A model generated the notes under the pieces. That model did not search any database, was not told the origin of the DNA, and worked only from the letters and a program-made list of their open reading frames with translations. Shown here in pieces: positions 52,639 through 61,656 of a stretch of 64,000 nucleotides of DNA. How positions within the stretch are numbered: position 1 is the first letter of the stretch; every line of letters starts with the position of its first letter. Made by a program: the position numbers and the translations under genes. The DNA is taken from the IMG/VR virus record IMGVR_UViG_3300037466_003379, positions 32,001-96,000 of that record. One strand, given 5' to 3'. The DNA is from a virus.

Positions 52639-53705
52639 AGGACACCTCGCATGGCGTTGTCGCGCCACGGATCTGCGGCTCTGGCGTACTTGACGACCAT
52701 CGTGCTGTTCTCCGACCAGCGGGCGTGCCGGGCGACGACACCTGCCGGGACGCCCTTCCGGAGCGCCGCGGTGGCCGCTCCGGAGCGGAGGCTGTGTGCG
52801 CTGTAGAGCTCGGCGTCGGGCAGGCGTGCGGCCTTGGCGGCGGCCTTCACGACCCGGTCGACCGCCTCGCCCGCGATGCTCATCCGGCGCGGGGTGCCCC
52901 ACTTCGTGACCGGCCGGAACAGCGGCGTCTCGGGGTCGAGCAGGCCCGGGGTTATGACAACCTCAGCGAGCTTCGCCCTGTAGACGCGGTGGGTCCGGAC
53001 GGGGCAGACGGAGACGTGCGAGCCTGGCGGGACCGCCACCACGGTGCCTTCGGAGTCCTTGTCGGTCTTCGACGTCCGGATGGTGACGAGCAGGCCCTGC
53101 GGGTCCTCCACGACGTCGGCCAGGCGCAGCGCGGCCAGCTCGGAGCGGCGCACCATCATCCCGTAGCCGAGGGTCAGGATCAGCTGGTCCCGCAGGCCGA
53201 CGTACGTCGTCGGGTCGAGGGTCTCGACCATGCGCTCGATGTCCTCGGGGGAGAGGGGTCGAGCTTCCTTCGTCCGGCGGCCTTCGGTCGCCCGCTTCCG
53301 CTTGTACCCCCGGAGGAGCTGGAGCGCGCCCTCGGTGTCGGGCTGCCCCTTGAAGCCGGCGACCGCGTGCAGCTTCCGGAGCGCGCCGATCGTGGTCGAG
53401 ATCCGCGAGGGAGCGGCGTCGATCTCGATGAGGTGGGCGACGAACTCGGTCAGGGTGGCGTCGGTGGCCGGGATGGCGGTCCGGCGGTGCAGCCGACACC
53501 ACTCCTCGAACTCTCGTCCGATTCGCTCGTATGTCCGCCGGGTGTTCTCCGGTACCGATTCCGCCAGCAGTGTGCGGGTCGTGTCGCTGATCCGCCAATC
53601 CGCATCGGTGTACGGAGTGACTGATCTGTTGAGGTTCGGGTGCTCTGGCGCGGGAAGGACCACTAGGTCCGTTCCGGGGGTTTTCGCCGGGTGATCTTGA
53701 GTCAC
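52635..53705 (-). CDS. Tyrosine recombinase, Cre-like (resolvase rather than classic integrase)
   Basis: PENTRRTY, RRSEL, SKTD, HSLRSG, HARWS...KY (Trp in place of the second His, as in Cre); no arm-binding domain evident. Confidence 0.9.
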   Translation of the reverse strand: MTQDHPAKTPGTDLVVLPAPEHPNLNRSVTPYTDADWRISDTTRTLLAESVPENTRRTYERIGREFEEWCRLHRRTAIPATDATLTEFVAHLIEIDAAPSRISTTIGALRKLHAVAGFKGQPDTEGALQLLRGYKRKRATEGRRTKEARPLSPEDIERMVETLDPTTYVGLRDQLILTLGYGMMVRRSELAALRLADVVEDPQGLLVTIRTSKTDKDSEGTVVAVPPGSHVSVCPVRTHRVYRAKLAEVVITPGLLDPETPLFRPVTKWGTPRRMSIAGEAVDRVVKAAAKAARLPDAELYSAHSLRSGAATAALRKGVPAGVVARHARWSENSTMVVKYARAADPWRDNAMRGVL

Positions 53706-53722
53706 GGTCCGACCCTAGCGTC

Positions 53723-53756
53723 TCAGGTCGCGATAACTTCGCTTATCGCGTTCTGA
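53723..53756. promoter_or_regulatory. lox/dif-like recombination site
   Basis: TCAGgtCGCGATAA-cttcgc-TTATCGCGttCTGA: imperfect 14-bp inverted arms with a 6-bp asymmetric spacer, 18 bp upstream of the recombinase. Confidence 0.65.
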
Positions 53757-54027
53757 CGCGCCGGTGTCATACCGGAACCCCGGACCGTCCGAATGGCCGC
53801 AAGGCGACCCTCAGCGACACTGAGGAGGCCCTGTCTCCCCGTGAGGTCGGGCTTCCCTACCGGTTAACCGGACTCGCGCCCGTCTTGGCGCTTTTCAGTA
53901 TTACGCCAGAACTGTCCGATTAGGTGGTCGACCCGGGATGGCTTCCCGGCTTCCCGCACGACTGCTCCGCGGACCCGGGCCGACCGACGGCGCCGGGTTC
54001 CACTCCAGACGCCGAGCGCGTGGCGGC

Positions 54028-54043
54028 TCGAACGCGTGTTCGA
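54028..54043. promoter_or_regulatory. LexA (SOS) box
   Basis: Perfect TCGAAC-GCGT-GTTCGA abutting a TACGGT -10 box. Confidence 0.8.
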
Positions 54044-54055
54044 TACGGTGCCGCG

Positions 54056-54352
54056 ATGGGCCGACAGTACGACGAGAAGGCGGCGCGCCAGCGGATCGCC
54101 GAGCGGGACCTCCTGGAGAAGGCGGCGCGCGAGCTGCGCACCCGGGCGCACGCCGACGGGTACGCCGGGCTGCGCGGGGAGTGGACGGTCGACGCCTTCG
54201 CTGCGGCACTGGAGGCCGAGGCCCTCGGCGCGACCGACACCGTGCGGCGGGATCTCCTCGTCGCGGCCCAGCGCATCCTGCGCGGTCCGGACGGGCCGAG
54301 GGACGGGCGGCCGGGTGGTCCGGCACCCCTGAACGCGGGCCGCGGGGTGTGA
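54056..54352 (+). CDS. Small SOS-regulated protein (probably leaderless)
   Basis: ATG 6 nt after the -10 box; helical 98 aa. Confidence 0.65.
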   Translation: MGRQYDEKAARQRIAERDLLEKAARELRTRAHADGYAGLRGEWTVDAFAAALEAEALGATDTVRRDLLVAAQRILRGPDGPRDGRPGGPAPLNAGRGV

Positions 54353-54681
54353 CCGCCCATTGCGCGATCGGGGGATCTTCCACTCACTCGGAAGGCGGAG
54401 TTAGCCGCTACACGGCTGTAGTTCGCGGCGTTTCCGCAGGTCAGATGAGTTCGGGTCTCGCGGAGCGCCGCTCCGAAGCTGTGGTGCAGGTCATCGAAAG
54501 GGTCGCGTTCGACAACATTTCCTCGGGATGACCACTACTCTCAGATCAACGCGAGTGCAGTGCAACACGCCGGACCGGGCAGGCCCGGCGCGACGCATAA
54601 AGAAGGGCCCCGTGCCACCGAGGCCCCTCGCGGATGTCCGACACCTACGACCCGCGGCGAGCGGTTAGGAGTAGTACACCC

Positions 54682-54933
54682 ATGGACGAAGCTACCTGGA
54701 TTAATTTTCCCCGGCCAGGCGGGGAACCCAATCGGATGAGCTGGGCGGCCGCCGTCGCGTCCTGCGCCGGCGTCCTCCACGACCCGCGCGCCAGGCGCTA
54801 CCTGGTCATCGTCCTGCGGTACGTGGTCGTCGTCCTGGCGATCACGCTGGCGATCGCGCTGGCCTGGCAGTTCCCGTGGACCCCGGCGCTCGTCATCGTC
54901 GAGCACCTGCTCGGCATCCCGCCCCTGCTCTGA
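54682..54933 (+). CDS. Small membrane protein
   Basis: TAGGAG RBS; TM segment. Confidence 0.55.
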   Translation: MDEATWINFPRPGGEPNRMSWAAAVASCAGVLHDPRARRYLVIVLRYVVVVLAITLAIALAWQFPWTPALVIVEHLLGIPPLL

Positions 54934-55295
54934 CCTGCGCAGGAGCCGAGGCGGCCTCTACCTCCCGTACTGCAGAGGCTGGGAGACCTCAGGTAGAGGC
55001 TGCCTCCAGCTCCCGACCGGGGCCGCCCCAGGTGGCTCACGCGTTCCTGTAGCGCTGCGCCTTCTACGGCACCCGGCGGAAGTTCGTGAGGGCTGCTCCG
55101 GTGCTGCCCGGGCCTCGTCCCCCGTCTGCATGGAGGACGAGGACCCGGGCCCTCACCGGCTGCGACAGCCACGATGCAGCGTAGAAGCTGGTCGGCCGCG
55201 GAGACCCGCACCCCGGCGCTACTTCGGCAGCCAGCCCGCCCAGGACGCCAGTTCGAGCAGGCCGACCGCGGCCGCGCCGAACACCGGGACGCCGA

Positions 55296-55598
55296 TCACG
55301 AAGCCGACGAGGAACCACCAGGCGTTGACGAGGCGCTGCCGCCAGCGGGGCCGGCGCCGAGGCTCGAGGCGGAGCGGGACGCGGGGTCCTTCCTCCAACG
55401 GGCGAGGTTCCGGCCGTACACCGTTCCGTAGATCGCCACCGACGCGAGGAAGCCCCACTGTCGGGTCGCAATCGCGTACGCCAGCCACAGGCCCTGAGCG
55501 GCCAGGCCGACCGCCCAGCCCGCCGAGCTCCGTCGGCCGGCCAGCCACATGCCCGTGGCTCCGACCAGTGTCAGCAGTACGGACCACCACCAGTTCAC
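55296..55598 (-). CDS. Small 3-TM Trp-rich membrane protein (PnuC-like phage family)
   Basis: GMWLAGRR..GWAVGL..QGLWLAYAIATRQWGF. Confidence 0.65.
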   Translation of the reverse strand: MNWWWSVLLTLVGATGMWLAGRRSSAGWAVGLAAQGLWLAYAIATRQWGFLASVAIYGTVYGRNLARWRKDPASRSASSLGAGPAGGSASSTPGGSSSAS

Positions 55599-56104
55599 CG
55601 GAGTCCGATGCTTGAGGCGCCGACGCCGAGGATCCCGAACAGGCCGAGGGTCGCGAGGACCAGGACCACGGCGGGCAGCAGGATCGGCAGCACCACCAGC
55701 GAGGCGGGGATGACCACCGGGGCCGTCGACCACCAGCCGGACCGCCGCGCCGGCGTTCCGGCGGCGCCCCAGCGGATGCCCAGCCAGATGAGCCAGCGGA
55801 GCAGCCAGGGGACGCCTTCCTCCCACATGACGCGGCGGAACACGCCGTCGGCGTCGACCGCGGAGATCGCGCCGGTCTCGATGCCGGTCACGCAGAACCA
55901 GTCGTGGAGGATCGAGCCCTCGGTGTAGCGGCCGGTGATCGGGACGAGCCAGGTCACGAAGCGGGGGACGGACGCGAAGTCGGTGACGAACCCTGCGGGC
56001 ACCTCGAACAGGTCGCTGCGGCCCTGGTAGGCGACCGGCTTGGTCAGCTGCCAGAGGGTGTCGGAGACGCGCTCGACGGCGACGTCACTGGACAGGAACG
56101 GCAT
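55595..56104 (-). CDS. DUF1353 protein
   Basis: VPAGFVTDFASVPR, ILHDW, ADGVFR. Confidence 0.85.
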   Translation of the reverse strand: MPFLSSDVAVERVSDTLWQLTKPVAYQGRSDLFEVPAGFVTDFASVPRFVTWLVPITGRYTEGSILHDWFCVTGIETGAISAVDADGVFRRVMWEEGVPWLLRWLIWLGIRWGAAGTPARRSGWWSTAPVVIPASLVVLPILLPAVVLVLATLGLFGILGVGASSIGLR

Positions 56105-56357
56105 CCGGTGCCTCCTTCCGCGGTACTGGGGGGCGGGACAGTTCGGCGACGAGGCGGCCCATCAGCCCGTCCTGGCGGGTGCGGTAGCCGAACTCCTCGT
56201 GCGCCAGCAGCTCGCGCTGCACCAGCTCCCCGATCGGGCCGGGGTAGCGGCGCTTCGCCTCGAACGCGGCTGTGCGGATCCGCATGCGCTCGTGCGGGTC
56301 CAGGCGGTCCGGGCCGGCGGTCGGCGGGACCTTGGCGATCCCGAAGGGGCCGGTCAT
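56085..56357 (-). CDS. Hypothetical protein
   Basis: GGGAGG RBS; ATGA coupling. Confidence 0.55.
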   Translation of the reverse strand: MTGPFGIAKVPPTAGPDRLDPHERMRIRTAAFEAKRRYPGPIGELVQRELLAHEEFGYRTRQDGLMGRLVAELSRPPVPRKEAPDAVPVQ

Positions 56358-56752
56358 CCTGCACCTCCCGTCGGAGTGGGGATCGGCCAGGCCGGGACGG
56401 GCTTCTTCCCGTTGCCGTCCCAGGGGGCGGCGTAGCCGTCGGTGACCATGCGGTGGGCCACGTCGACGCCGGCCGGGGTGGTGACCAGTGCGAGGAGGCG
56501 GCCGTACTTGTCGAGCTTCACGACGTCGAGCTGGACGGCCGCGGGGAGCGGGCCGATCAGCTGGGCGAGGTGCGCGGCAGCTTCGGGGCCTCCGGGCTCG
56601 GAGTGCTCGCGGGCGTTGACCCCGGCGAGGCGGACGTCGAGCTCGATGCTCTGCCGTGGGGTCGGGAAGATCAGCGCTGTGACGTGGAGGGTGTCGCCGT
56701 CGACGACCTTCGTGACCGTGGCCGGGTAGGAGTGCGTGGTCGTCGTGCTCAT
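56354..56752 (-). CDS. Thermonuclease (SNase-like)
   Basis: VVDGDT, VRLAGVNARE, DKYGRLLA. Confidence 0.9.
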   Translation of the reverse strand: MSTTTTHSYPATVTKVVDGDTLHVTALIFPTPRQSIELDVRLAGVNAREHSEPGGPEAAAHLAQLIGPLPAAVQLDVVKLDKYGRLLALVTTPAGVDVAHRMVTDGYAAPWDGNGKKPVPAWPIPTPTGGAG

Positions 56753-57002
56753 CGGATCCTCCACCAGAGCGGCAGCAGGAACCGGGCGCTGGCGCGGGCG
56801 AGGACGGCGAGGGTGCGGAGGTTCGACAGCATGTCTCACCCCCTGGCTTGCTCACGTGCTGAGGGGGTTGGCCGCGAAGGTCGGCGCCGTGCGTCGCGGG
56901 GCGCTGGCGCCGACCTTCGAGGTCGCCCTGCCGTCGGGTGCTCGGCGGGGAGCTGCGGGGCCGTCGCGGGGCCCGGGGGGCGATGGTCGTATCGCTGTTG
57001 AT

Positions 57003-57227
57003 CTAGTTGGCGTAACCGACGAACTCGTAGACCAGCCTGTGGCCTTCACTACAGGGTGAGCGTAGTTCGTAACGCTCAGTTGCGCTGTTCCCGGGGCGGG
57101 GTGCTTCCGAAACCTGCCCGTTGGACCAGGCCGCAGCTGCCGAGACGATCAATGACCGCCCGGCATCCTGCGGAACCTCGACAACCTCCACCGCGGCGCG
57201 CGGTCCGCCGCGCAGCTCCACCTGCAT
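57003..57227 (-). CDS. Hypothetical protein
   Basis: VELRGGP N-terminus; TGATG coupling. Confidence 0.45.
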   Translation of the reverse strand: MQVELRGGPRAAVEVVEVPQDAGRSLIVSAAAAWSNGQVSEAPRPGNSATERYELRSPCSEGHRLVYEFVGYAN

Positions 57228-57562
57228 CAACACCACCCCTTCGGAGTAGTCGGCGAGATGGTGCAGCCGCAGACACCCGAGAAGCTGCACGCGCTACATC
57301 CGGGCTTCTCAGACAGGGAGGGCGGATCGACCGGATCGGACGAAGGTTCGACAACCAGACCGCGCAACCGGGATTCCCGCCACAGCAGACACTCGATCGC
57401 CGGATCACCCTCCGCCCACTGCTCCCAGCGATGCGGATCGCAGACCCGGCAGCGCACGTTCCACAGCGCCCGCCCCTCGACGGTGCGACGGCCCAGCTCG
57501 GTGCGCTCCGGCCGGTGCGCTTCCACCAGGGCAGCCACGAACTCGAAGAACGTGCGATGCAC
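57227..57562 (-). CDS. Cys-rich hypothetical protein
   Basis: GGGGAGGAG RBS. Confidence 0.5.
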   Translation of the reverse strand: MHRTFFEFVAALVEAHRPERTELGRRTVEGRALWNVRCRVCDPHRWEQWAEGDPAIECLLWRESRLRGLVVEPSSDPVDPPSLSEKPGCSACSFSGVCGCTISPTTPKGWC

Positions 57563-57860
57563 GGCGCGCTCCTCCCCCGAACTGTCGGCCCCGGCCGATA
57601 CGCTGGTGAGGCACCGCACGGGGAGGGGTTCTCGTGCGTTGGGGTCAAGGCCCGGCCGCCGCGAGGCGACCGGGCCTTTCCCGTTCCCCCTTGGACCAGG
57701 CGGGCGCTCCCCTGCTCGACAGCCCAGACCGGACGCCCTGCTGGTGCCTCAAGCGGACCTGGCGACCCCCCGAGCAAGGGCAGGCCCAGCACCTCGAGTG
57801 CGCGCGTCAACGGTCGGCCGCCCGATGTGGGTAGCGCACCGCCTGGTGATCGTGAGCCCC

Positions 57861-58088
57861 TCAGCGGCGCCGCAGCTGCGGGCCGGGCGCGAGGCGCCGT
57901 GGCCGGCCGAGCCGGTTCACCGTGAAGGACCGCTGCGTGTCGCCGGGGGCGGCGATCAGCTGGGCGAGGTGGTGGTCGAGGGCGTGGTCCATCGCCGCGT
58001 ACCAGGACCGGGGCCACGTGGTGACGATCTGGCCGTCGCCCTCGGGGCAGAGGTGGCAGGTGACGGTGATGGGGTCGTGCTCGCCCAC
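57861..58088 (-). CDS. Small Zn-finger-like protein
   Basis: CHLC...H...HH; AGGAGG RBS. Confidence 0.55.
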   Translation of the reverse strand: MGEHDPITVTCHLCPEGDGQIVTTWPRSWYAAMDHALDHHLAQLIAAPGDTQRSFTVNRLGRPRRLAPGPQLRRR

Positions 58089-58241
58089 GCGCCCTCCTGT
58101 TCGTGCTCGGAGGTGCGCAGGGGCTGGGGACGACGAAGGCCCGCCGACCGGATCGGTCTGGCGGGCCTTCGCGAGTGTCTGTGCGTGTCTGGAGAGACAC
58201 GTGTGGCAGGCAGGAAGCTATCACCTATCCGCGGATCACTG

Positions 58242-58568
58242 TCAACCCGAGGCGCCCAGACGGGGGTCGATGCGGTCGAGGACGACCGGCCAGCGGGCGA
58301 GCTCGGCGCGGAGCCGCGCGATCTCCTCCTGCCGGCGCATCGCCGCCCCGGGGTCGTCCACGGAGCCGTACAGGGCGGCCCGCAGGACCCGGTCCCGGGT
58401 CTCGCGCGGGATGCCCTCGTCGTCGAGGGCGATATCGACCATGCCGAGGATGCGGCGCAGCATGTCCATCTGCAGCCGGTACTGGGCGTCCAGCTCGTGG
58501 GCCTCCGCCGCGGCGGGCATGCGGCCGAGGTAGCCGCGGACGATCTCCTCGACGCGCTCAGTCCTCAC
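58242..58568 (-). CDS. Hypothetical protein
   Basis: Coding-like ORF. Confidence 0.6.
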   Translation of the reverse strand: MRTERVEEIVRGYLGRMPAAAEAHELDAQYRLQMDMLRRILGMVDIALDDEGIPRETRDRVLRAALYGSVDDPGAAMRRQEEIARLRAELARWPVVLDRIDPRLGASG

Positions 58569-58983
58569 GGGGCTCCCCCTGGGCTTCGTGGATCTTCGTC
58601 TCCAGGCCGTCCAGCCACTCGGACTGCTGCGCCTTCTCCAGCTCGTGGAGACGCTCGACGGACTTGATGCTGGCCGCGACGTGGTTCTCCCGGTCGGCCT
58701 GGCGCTGCTCGTCGTCGCGGGCGATGTCGACCTCCCGGTAGTGCTCGAAGCGCCGCGCGGCCTCGCCCTCCCGAGCCTCCAGCGAGGCGACCGCAGCGAT
58801 GTTGCCGTGCGCGGCCGCGAGGTAGGCGGAGGCGAGCGCGCGGAGCAGGGCGAGCGGGCTGCTGCGGTTCAGCAGACGCCCTGCGGACGCGGCGGCCAGC
58901 TTCGCCTTCGCCAGGTGGGCGGCCACGTCATCACGCAGCTTGCGCAGCTCGGCGTCGGAGATCAGGTGGGGGGTAGCGGACAC
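58558..58983 (-). CDS. Coiled-coil hypothetical protein
   Basis: GGAAGG RBS. Confidence 0.55.
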   Translation of the reverse strand: MSATPHLISDAELRKLRDDVAAHLAKAKLAAASAGRLLNRSSPLALLRALASAYLAAAHGNIAAVASLEAREGEAARRFEHYREVDIARDDEQRQADRENHVAASIKSVERLHELEKAQQSEWLDGLETKIHEAQGEPRED

Positions 58984-59165
58984 GGGGTGGTGCCTTCCTG
59001 CTCGGTAGGAAGCTGCTCGGACCCGGAGCAGCGGCGGGCAAACACGACCGTGCTGAGGGCGCCGAACTGGTTGTGCGCCCACACCTGGCCGTTGTCGTTG
59101 AGGCGCTTGAGCTGCCCGCAGACGGGGCAGCGCCCATACCGGGTGCGCTGGGGTACGTCGATCAC
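58962..59165 (-). CDS. Small Zn-ribbon protein
   Basis: CPVC...H...CSGS. Confidence 0.55.
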   Translation of the reverse strand: MIDVPQRTRYGRCPVCGQLKRLNDNGQVWAHNQFGALSTVVFARRCSGSEQLPTEQEGTTPCPLPPT

Positions 59166-59575
59166 GTTGATGCCTCCGCGGGCACGCTGGCGCCCTCCGG
59201 GGTGTCGCGGATCCGGAGGAACGCGGTGACGTCGTCGGGCTTGTAGCCGCCGGGGTGTCGCTGGAGCCGGTACCGGACGCCGCCGCGGACGATGCCGCGG
59301 TTCCCCCACATCGACACGACGTCCGGGACCACGCCCGCGAGCTCGGCGACCTGGGCGCGGGTCATCAACTCCCCCGGCGGGGTCGTGTCCGGCTGCGGGA
59401 CGAGCCACAGGTCGTCGCCGAACCGCTCGGCCATAGCGCGGATGCGCTCCGCCTCCACGGGGGCGTGGCGTTCGAGTTCGGCCCAGCAGAACTGGGCGTA
59501 GGTGCGCGCGCGGTCGGCCGGGGTGTCGTTCCCGAACGGCCACGGCGCGCGCTGCGGGACGCGCTGCCGGATCAC
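59162..59575 (-). CDS. HTH DNA-binding protein
   Basis: LMTRAQVAELAGVVPDVVSMWGNRG. Confidence 0.7.
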   Translation of the reverse strand: MIRQRVPQRAPWPFGNDTPADRARTYAQFCWAELERHAPVEAERIRAMAERFGDDLWLVPQPDTTPPGELMTRAQVAELAGVVPDVVSMWGNRGIVRGGVRYRLQRHPGGYKPDDVTAFLRIRDTPEGASVPAEAST

Positions 59576-60366
59576 GACGCGACGCGGCCGGCCGTCGCGA
59601 TGAGGTTGCGCTCGTCCTGCTCGTGCCGCTCCACCGACGCCTGGTTGCCGCAGGTGGAGCAGGTGATGAGGTTCCGGGTGTGATCGCGGTTCAGGGTGCG
59701 GCAGTGGCAGTGCCGGCACGGCGTCCGCAGCCGGGTGGTGGCGATCTGCCCGGTCGCTTCCTGGGTGGCGCGGAACAGCTCGAGGATGCGGATGGCGGCC
59801 GCGGGGCCGTCGCGCTCCACCCAGAAGTCGGTGCCGTCGCGGCGCACCACGACGCCGCGGCCCTGCCCGCTCCACGGGTTCTCCCCCAGTGACCGGGCCC
59901 GGTACTCGTGCGGGCCGAGGGCGAGCAGCCAGCTCGTGTTGCGGCGGAGCAGGATCGAGCCGCGGGTGACCCGGTCGATCGTGCGGGACATGCGGGTGGC
60001 CATCGCCGACCACGGCAGGCTCATCGCGTCGGCGACGAAGTCGGCCCAGGTGCATACCTCGTGGTCGATGAGTCTGACGATGGCGTCGAGGTGGGTGTCG
60101 AGCGGGATCGGGGCGTGGATCTCCCCTCCCCCGCTGCAGTCGTCCTGCCGGTAGATGATCGCGAGCTTCGGGAGCTGCTCGGCCTCCACGGCGAGGACCT
60201 GGCGGGGCAGCTCGTCGAGCGCGTAGGCGAGGGTGCGGCGGCATCCTCCGCACAGCGCGTCGTCGGTGTGCGCTGGGGTCCAGCCGGTCCGGACACCACC
60301 GGGGCCGTAGACGGGGATCCGCTCGGTGCAGTCCTGGCCGCGGCGGCACTCCTGGGCGGCGCTCAC
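59572..60366 (-). CDS. Zn-binding phage protein (putative transcription regulator)
   Basis: LCGGC, APIPLD, PCRHC, CSTC; paired with the downstream HTH gene. Confidence 0.65.
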   Translation of the reverse strand: MSAAQECRRGQDCTERIPVYGPGGVRTGWTPAHTDDALCGGCRRTLAYALDELPRQVLAVEAEQLPKLAIIYRQDDCSGGGEIHAPIPLDTHLDAIVRLIDHEVCTWADFVADAMSLPWSAMATRMSRTIDRVTRGSILLRRNTSWLLALGPHEYRARSLGENPWSGQGRGVVVRRDGTDFWVERDGPAAAIRILELFRATQEATGQIATTRLRTPCRHCHCRTLNRDHTRNLITCSTCGNQASVERHEQDERNLIATAGRVAS

Positions 60367-60617
60367 CGACCGCTCCGGTAGCGGGTCACGCCCAGCTCCA
60401 CGACGGCCATGAGGAAGAACCACAGGATGCCGAACGCGAGGGGCCGCAGCGACAGGAGCGCGAGGGTGGCGGCAGCACCGGTGAGCAGGCCGACGAACGC
60501 GAGCGTGGCGAACGGGCCGAGGCCCGGCTTCTTCGCCGGCGGCTCGGACGGCTGGGGTGCGGACTGCAGCAAGGGGGGACCTCCCGGGGAGCAGGAGGGG
60601 CCGGGCCGCCCGGGCAC
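60363..60617 (-). CDS. Small two-TM protein
   Basis: Hydrophobic C-half; start uncertain. Confidence 0.45.
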   Translation of the reverse strand: MPGRPGPSCSPGGPPLLQSAPQPSEPPAKKPGLGPFATLAFVGLLTGAAATLALLSLRPLAFGILWFFLMAVVELGVTRYRSGR

Positions 60618-60701
60618 GTGGGCGGTCCGGCCCCAAGGGGGTGGGGAAGGTGAAGCGGGGGCGCCGCCCGCCCCGGGTCGCGTCGGGGCGGGCGGCGCCG
60701 G

Positions 60702-61052
60702 TCAGACGGCCAGCTGGTGCTGGTCGGGGTCCGGGGCCTCGGTGGGCTCGGGGGGCGTGGGCTCGGCTGCGCTGGGCAGGCCGAGCGGCCGGGGCTCGCG
60801 GACCCCGCAGGTGAGGGAGACGATCCGGTCGAGGATGGCGACCATCCAGGCCCGGTCGGTGTCGACGCGGCCGTTCGGGGAGGCCATCGCGATCACCTGT
60901 CTCCGGTACTCCTCCGCGTGCTGGCGGACCCGGTCGATGCGGCCGGTGGCCTCGTCGGCGCGTGCCTGCTTGGCGGTGGCGTCGTCGAGGGCGCGGAGGA
61001 ACGTCTCGATCGACGGCGTCGCGGGGACGTCGATCTGCAGGACGGCGCTCAC
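60702..61052 (-). CDS. Hypothetical protein
   Basis: GTGA coupling. Confidence 0.6.
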   Translation of the reverse strand: MSAVLQIDVPATPSIETFLRALDDATAKQARADEATGRIDRVRQHAEEYRRQVIAMASPNGRVDTDRAWMVAILDRIVSLTCGVREPRPLGLPSAAEPTPPEPTEAPDPDQHQLAV

Positions 61053-61264
61053 CGGGACCGCCGCCGGTTGAGCCGGCGGGAGGCGCGGGCTCGACGGTTC
61101 CTCGAGCGGGAGTCGCGGCGCGTCTGCTCCTGCGCGCCGGTGACCCAGTGCTCGCCGCTGTAGCCAGCGGCGAAGCGCGCCAGCATGACGCGCTCGTCCT
61201 TGTTCTGCGGGGTGGTGTCCGGGTCGTCGTCGGCCTGGACGTGGACAGGGCTGTCCGAGGGCAT
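61049..61264 (-). CDS. Hypothetical protein
   Basis: GGAGCACCCGATG start motif. Confidence 0.55.
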   Translation of the reverse strand: MPSDSPVHVQADDDPDTTPQNKDERVMLARFAAGYSGEHWVTGAQEQTRRDSRSRNRRARASRRLNRRRSR

Positions 61265-61365
61265 CGGGTGCTCCGTTCCGGAGGGGTGACCGGTCGGGAC
61301 CTGCTCGCTCGCTCCGCCCCCGCCGGGGCGGGGAGGGGTGTGCGGAGGTTACGGGCAGGGTCGAG

Positions 61366-61656
61366 CTACTTGCGGTGCTTCACTGGTCCATCGGTAAGAC
61401 GTGGGACCTCCGTTACAGGTTGCTCGGAGTCGGTTTCGGGTTCACGCGGGGCGGGTAGCTCGATCGGTTCGTGCTTGGCTCGGTCGTCGCGTAGCGCTCC
61501 CCGGACGACCATCCAGAGGGCGCCGACCACTCCCCCAGCGATGATCCCTGCCGTCCGGTACACGGGAGGCCATCCCCAGCCGATCGCGAGGTAGAACAGC
61601 GTGTTGCTGGTGGCTACCGCGGTGATCGCGGTGAGCAGCTTCGTGTACTGGCTCAC
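61366..61656 (-). CDS. Two-TM membrane protein (lower GC)
   Basis: GTGA coupling to the MTase stop. Confidence 0.55.
   Translation of the reverse strand: MSQYTKLLTAITAVATSNTLFYLAIGWGWPPVYRTAGIIAGGVVGALWMVVRGALRDDRAKHEPIELPAPREPETDSEQPVTEVPRLTDGPVKHRK

Noticed and set aside
52635-53705. Classical integrase with attL/attR marking a prophage end
   Set aside because: Phage-type genes continue on both sides, no tRNA or host gene is adjacent, and the protein looks Cre-like.
55219-55400. Overlapping second membrane ORF (…NAWWFLVGFVIG…)
   Set aside because: No clear start or RBS, and it overlaps the 3-TM gene substantially; cannot be supported.
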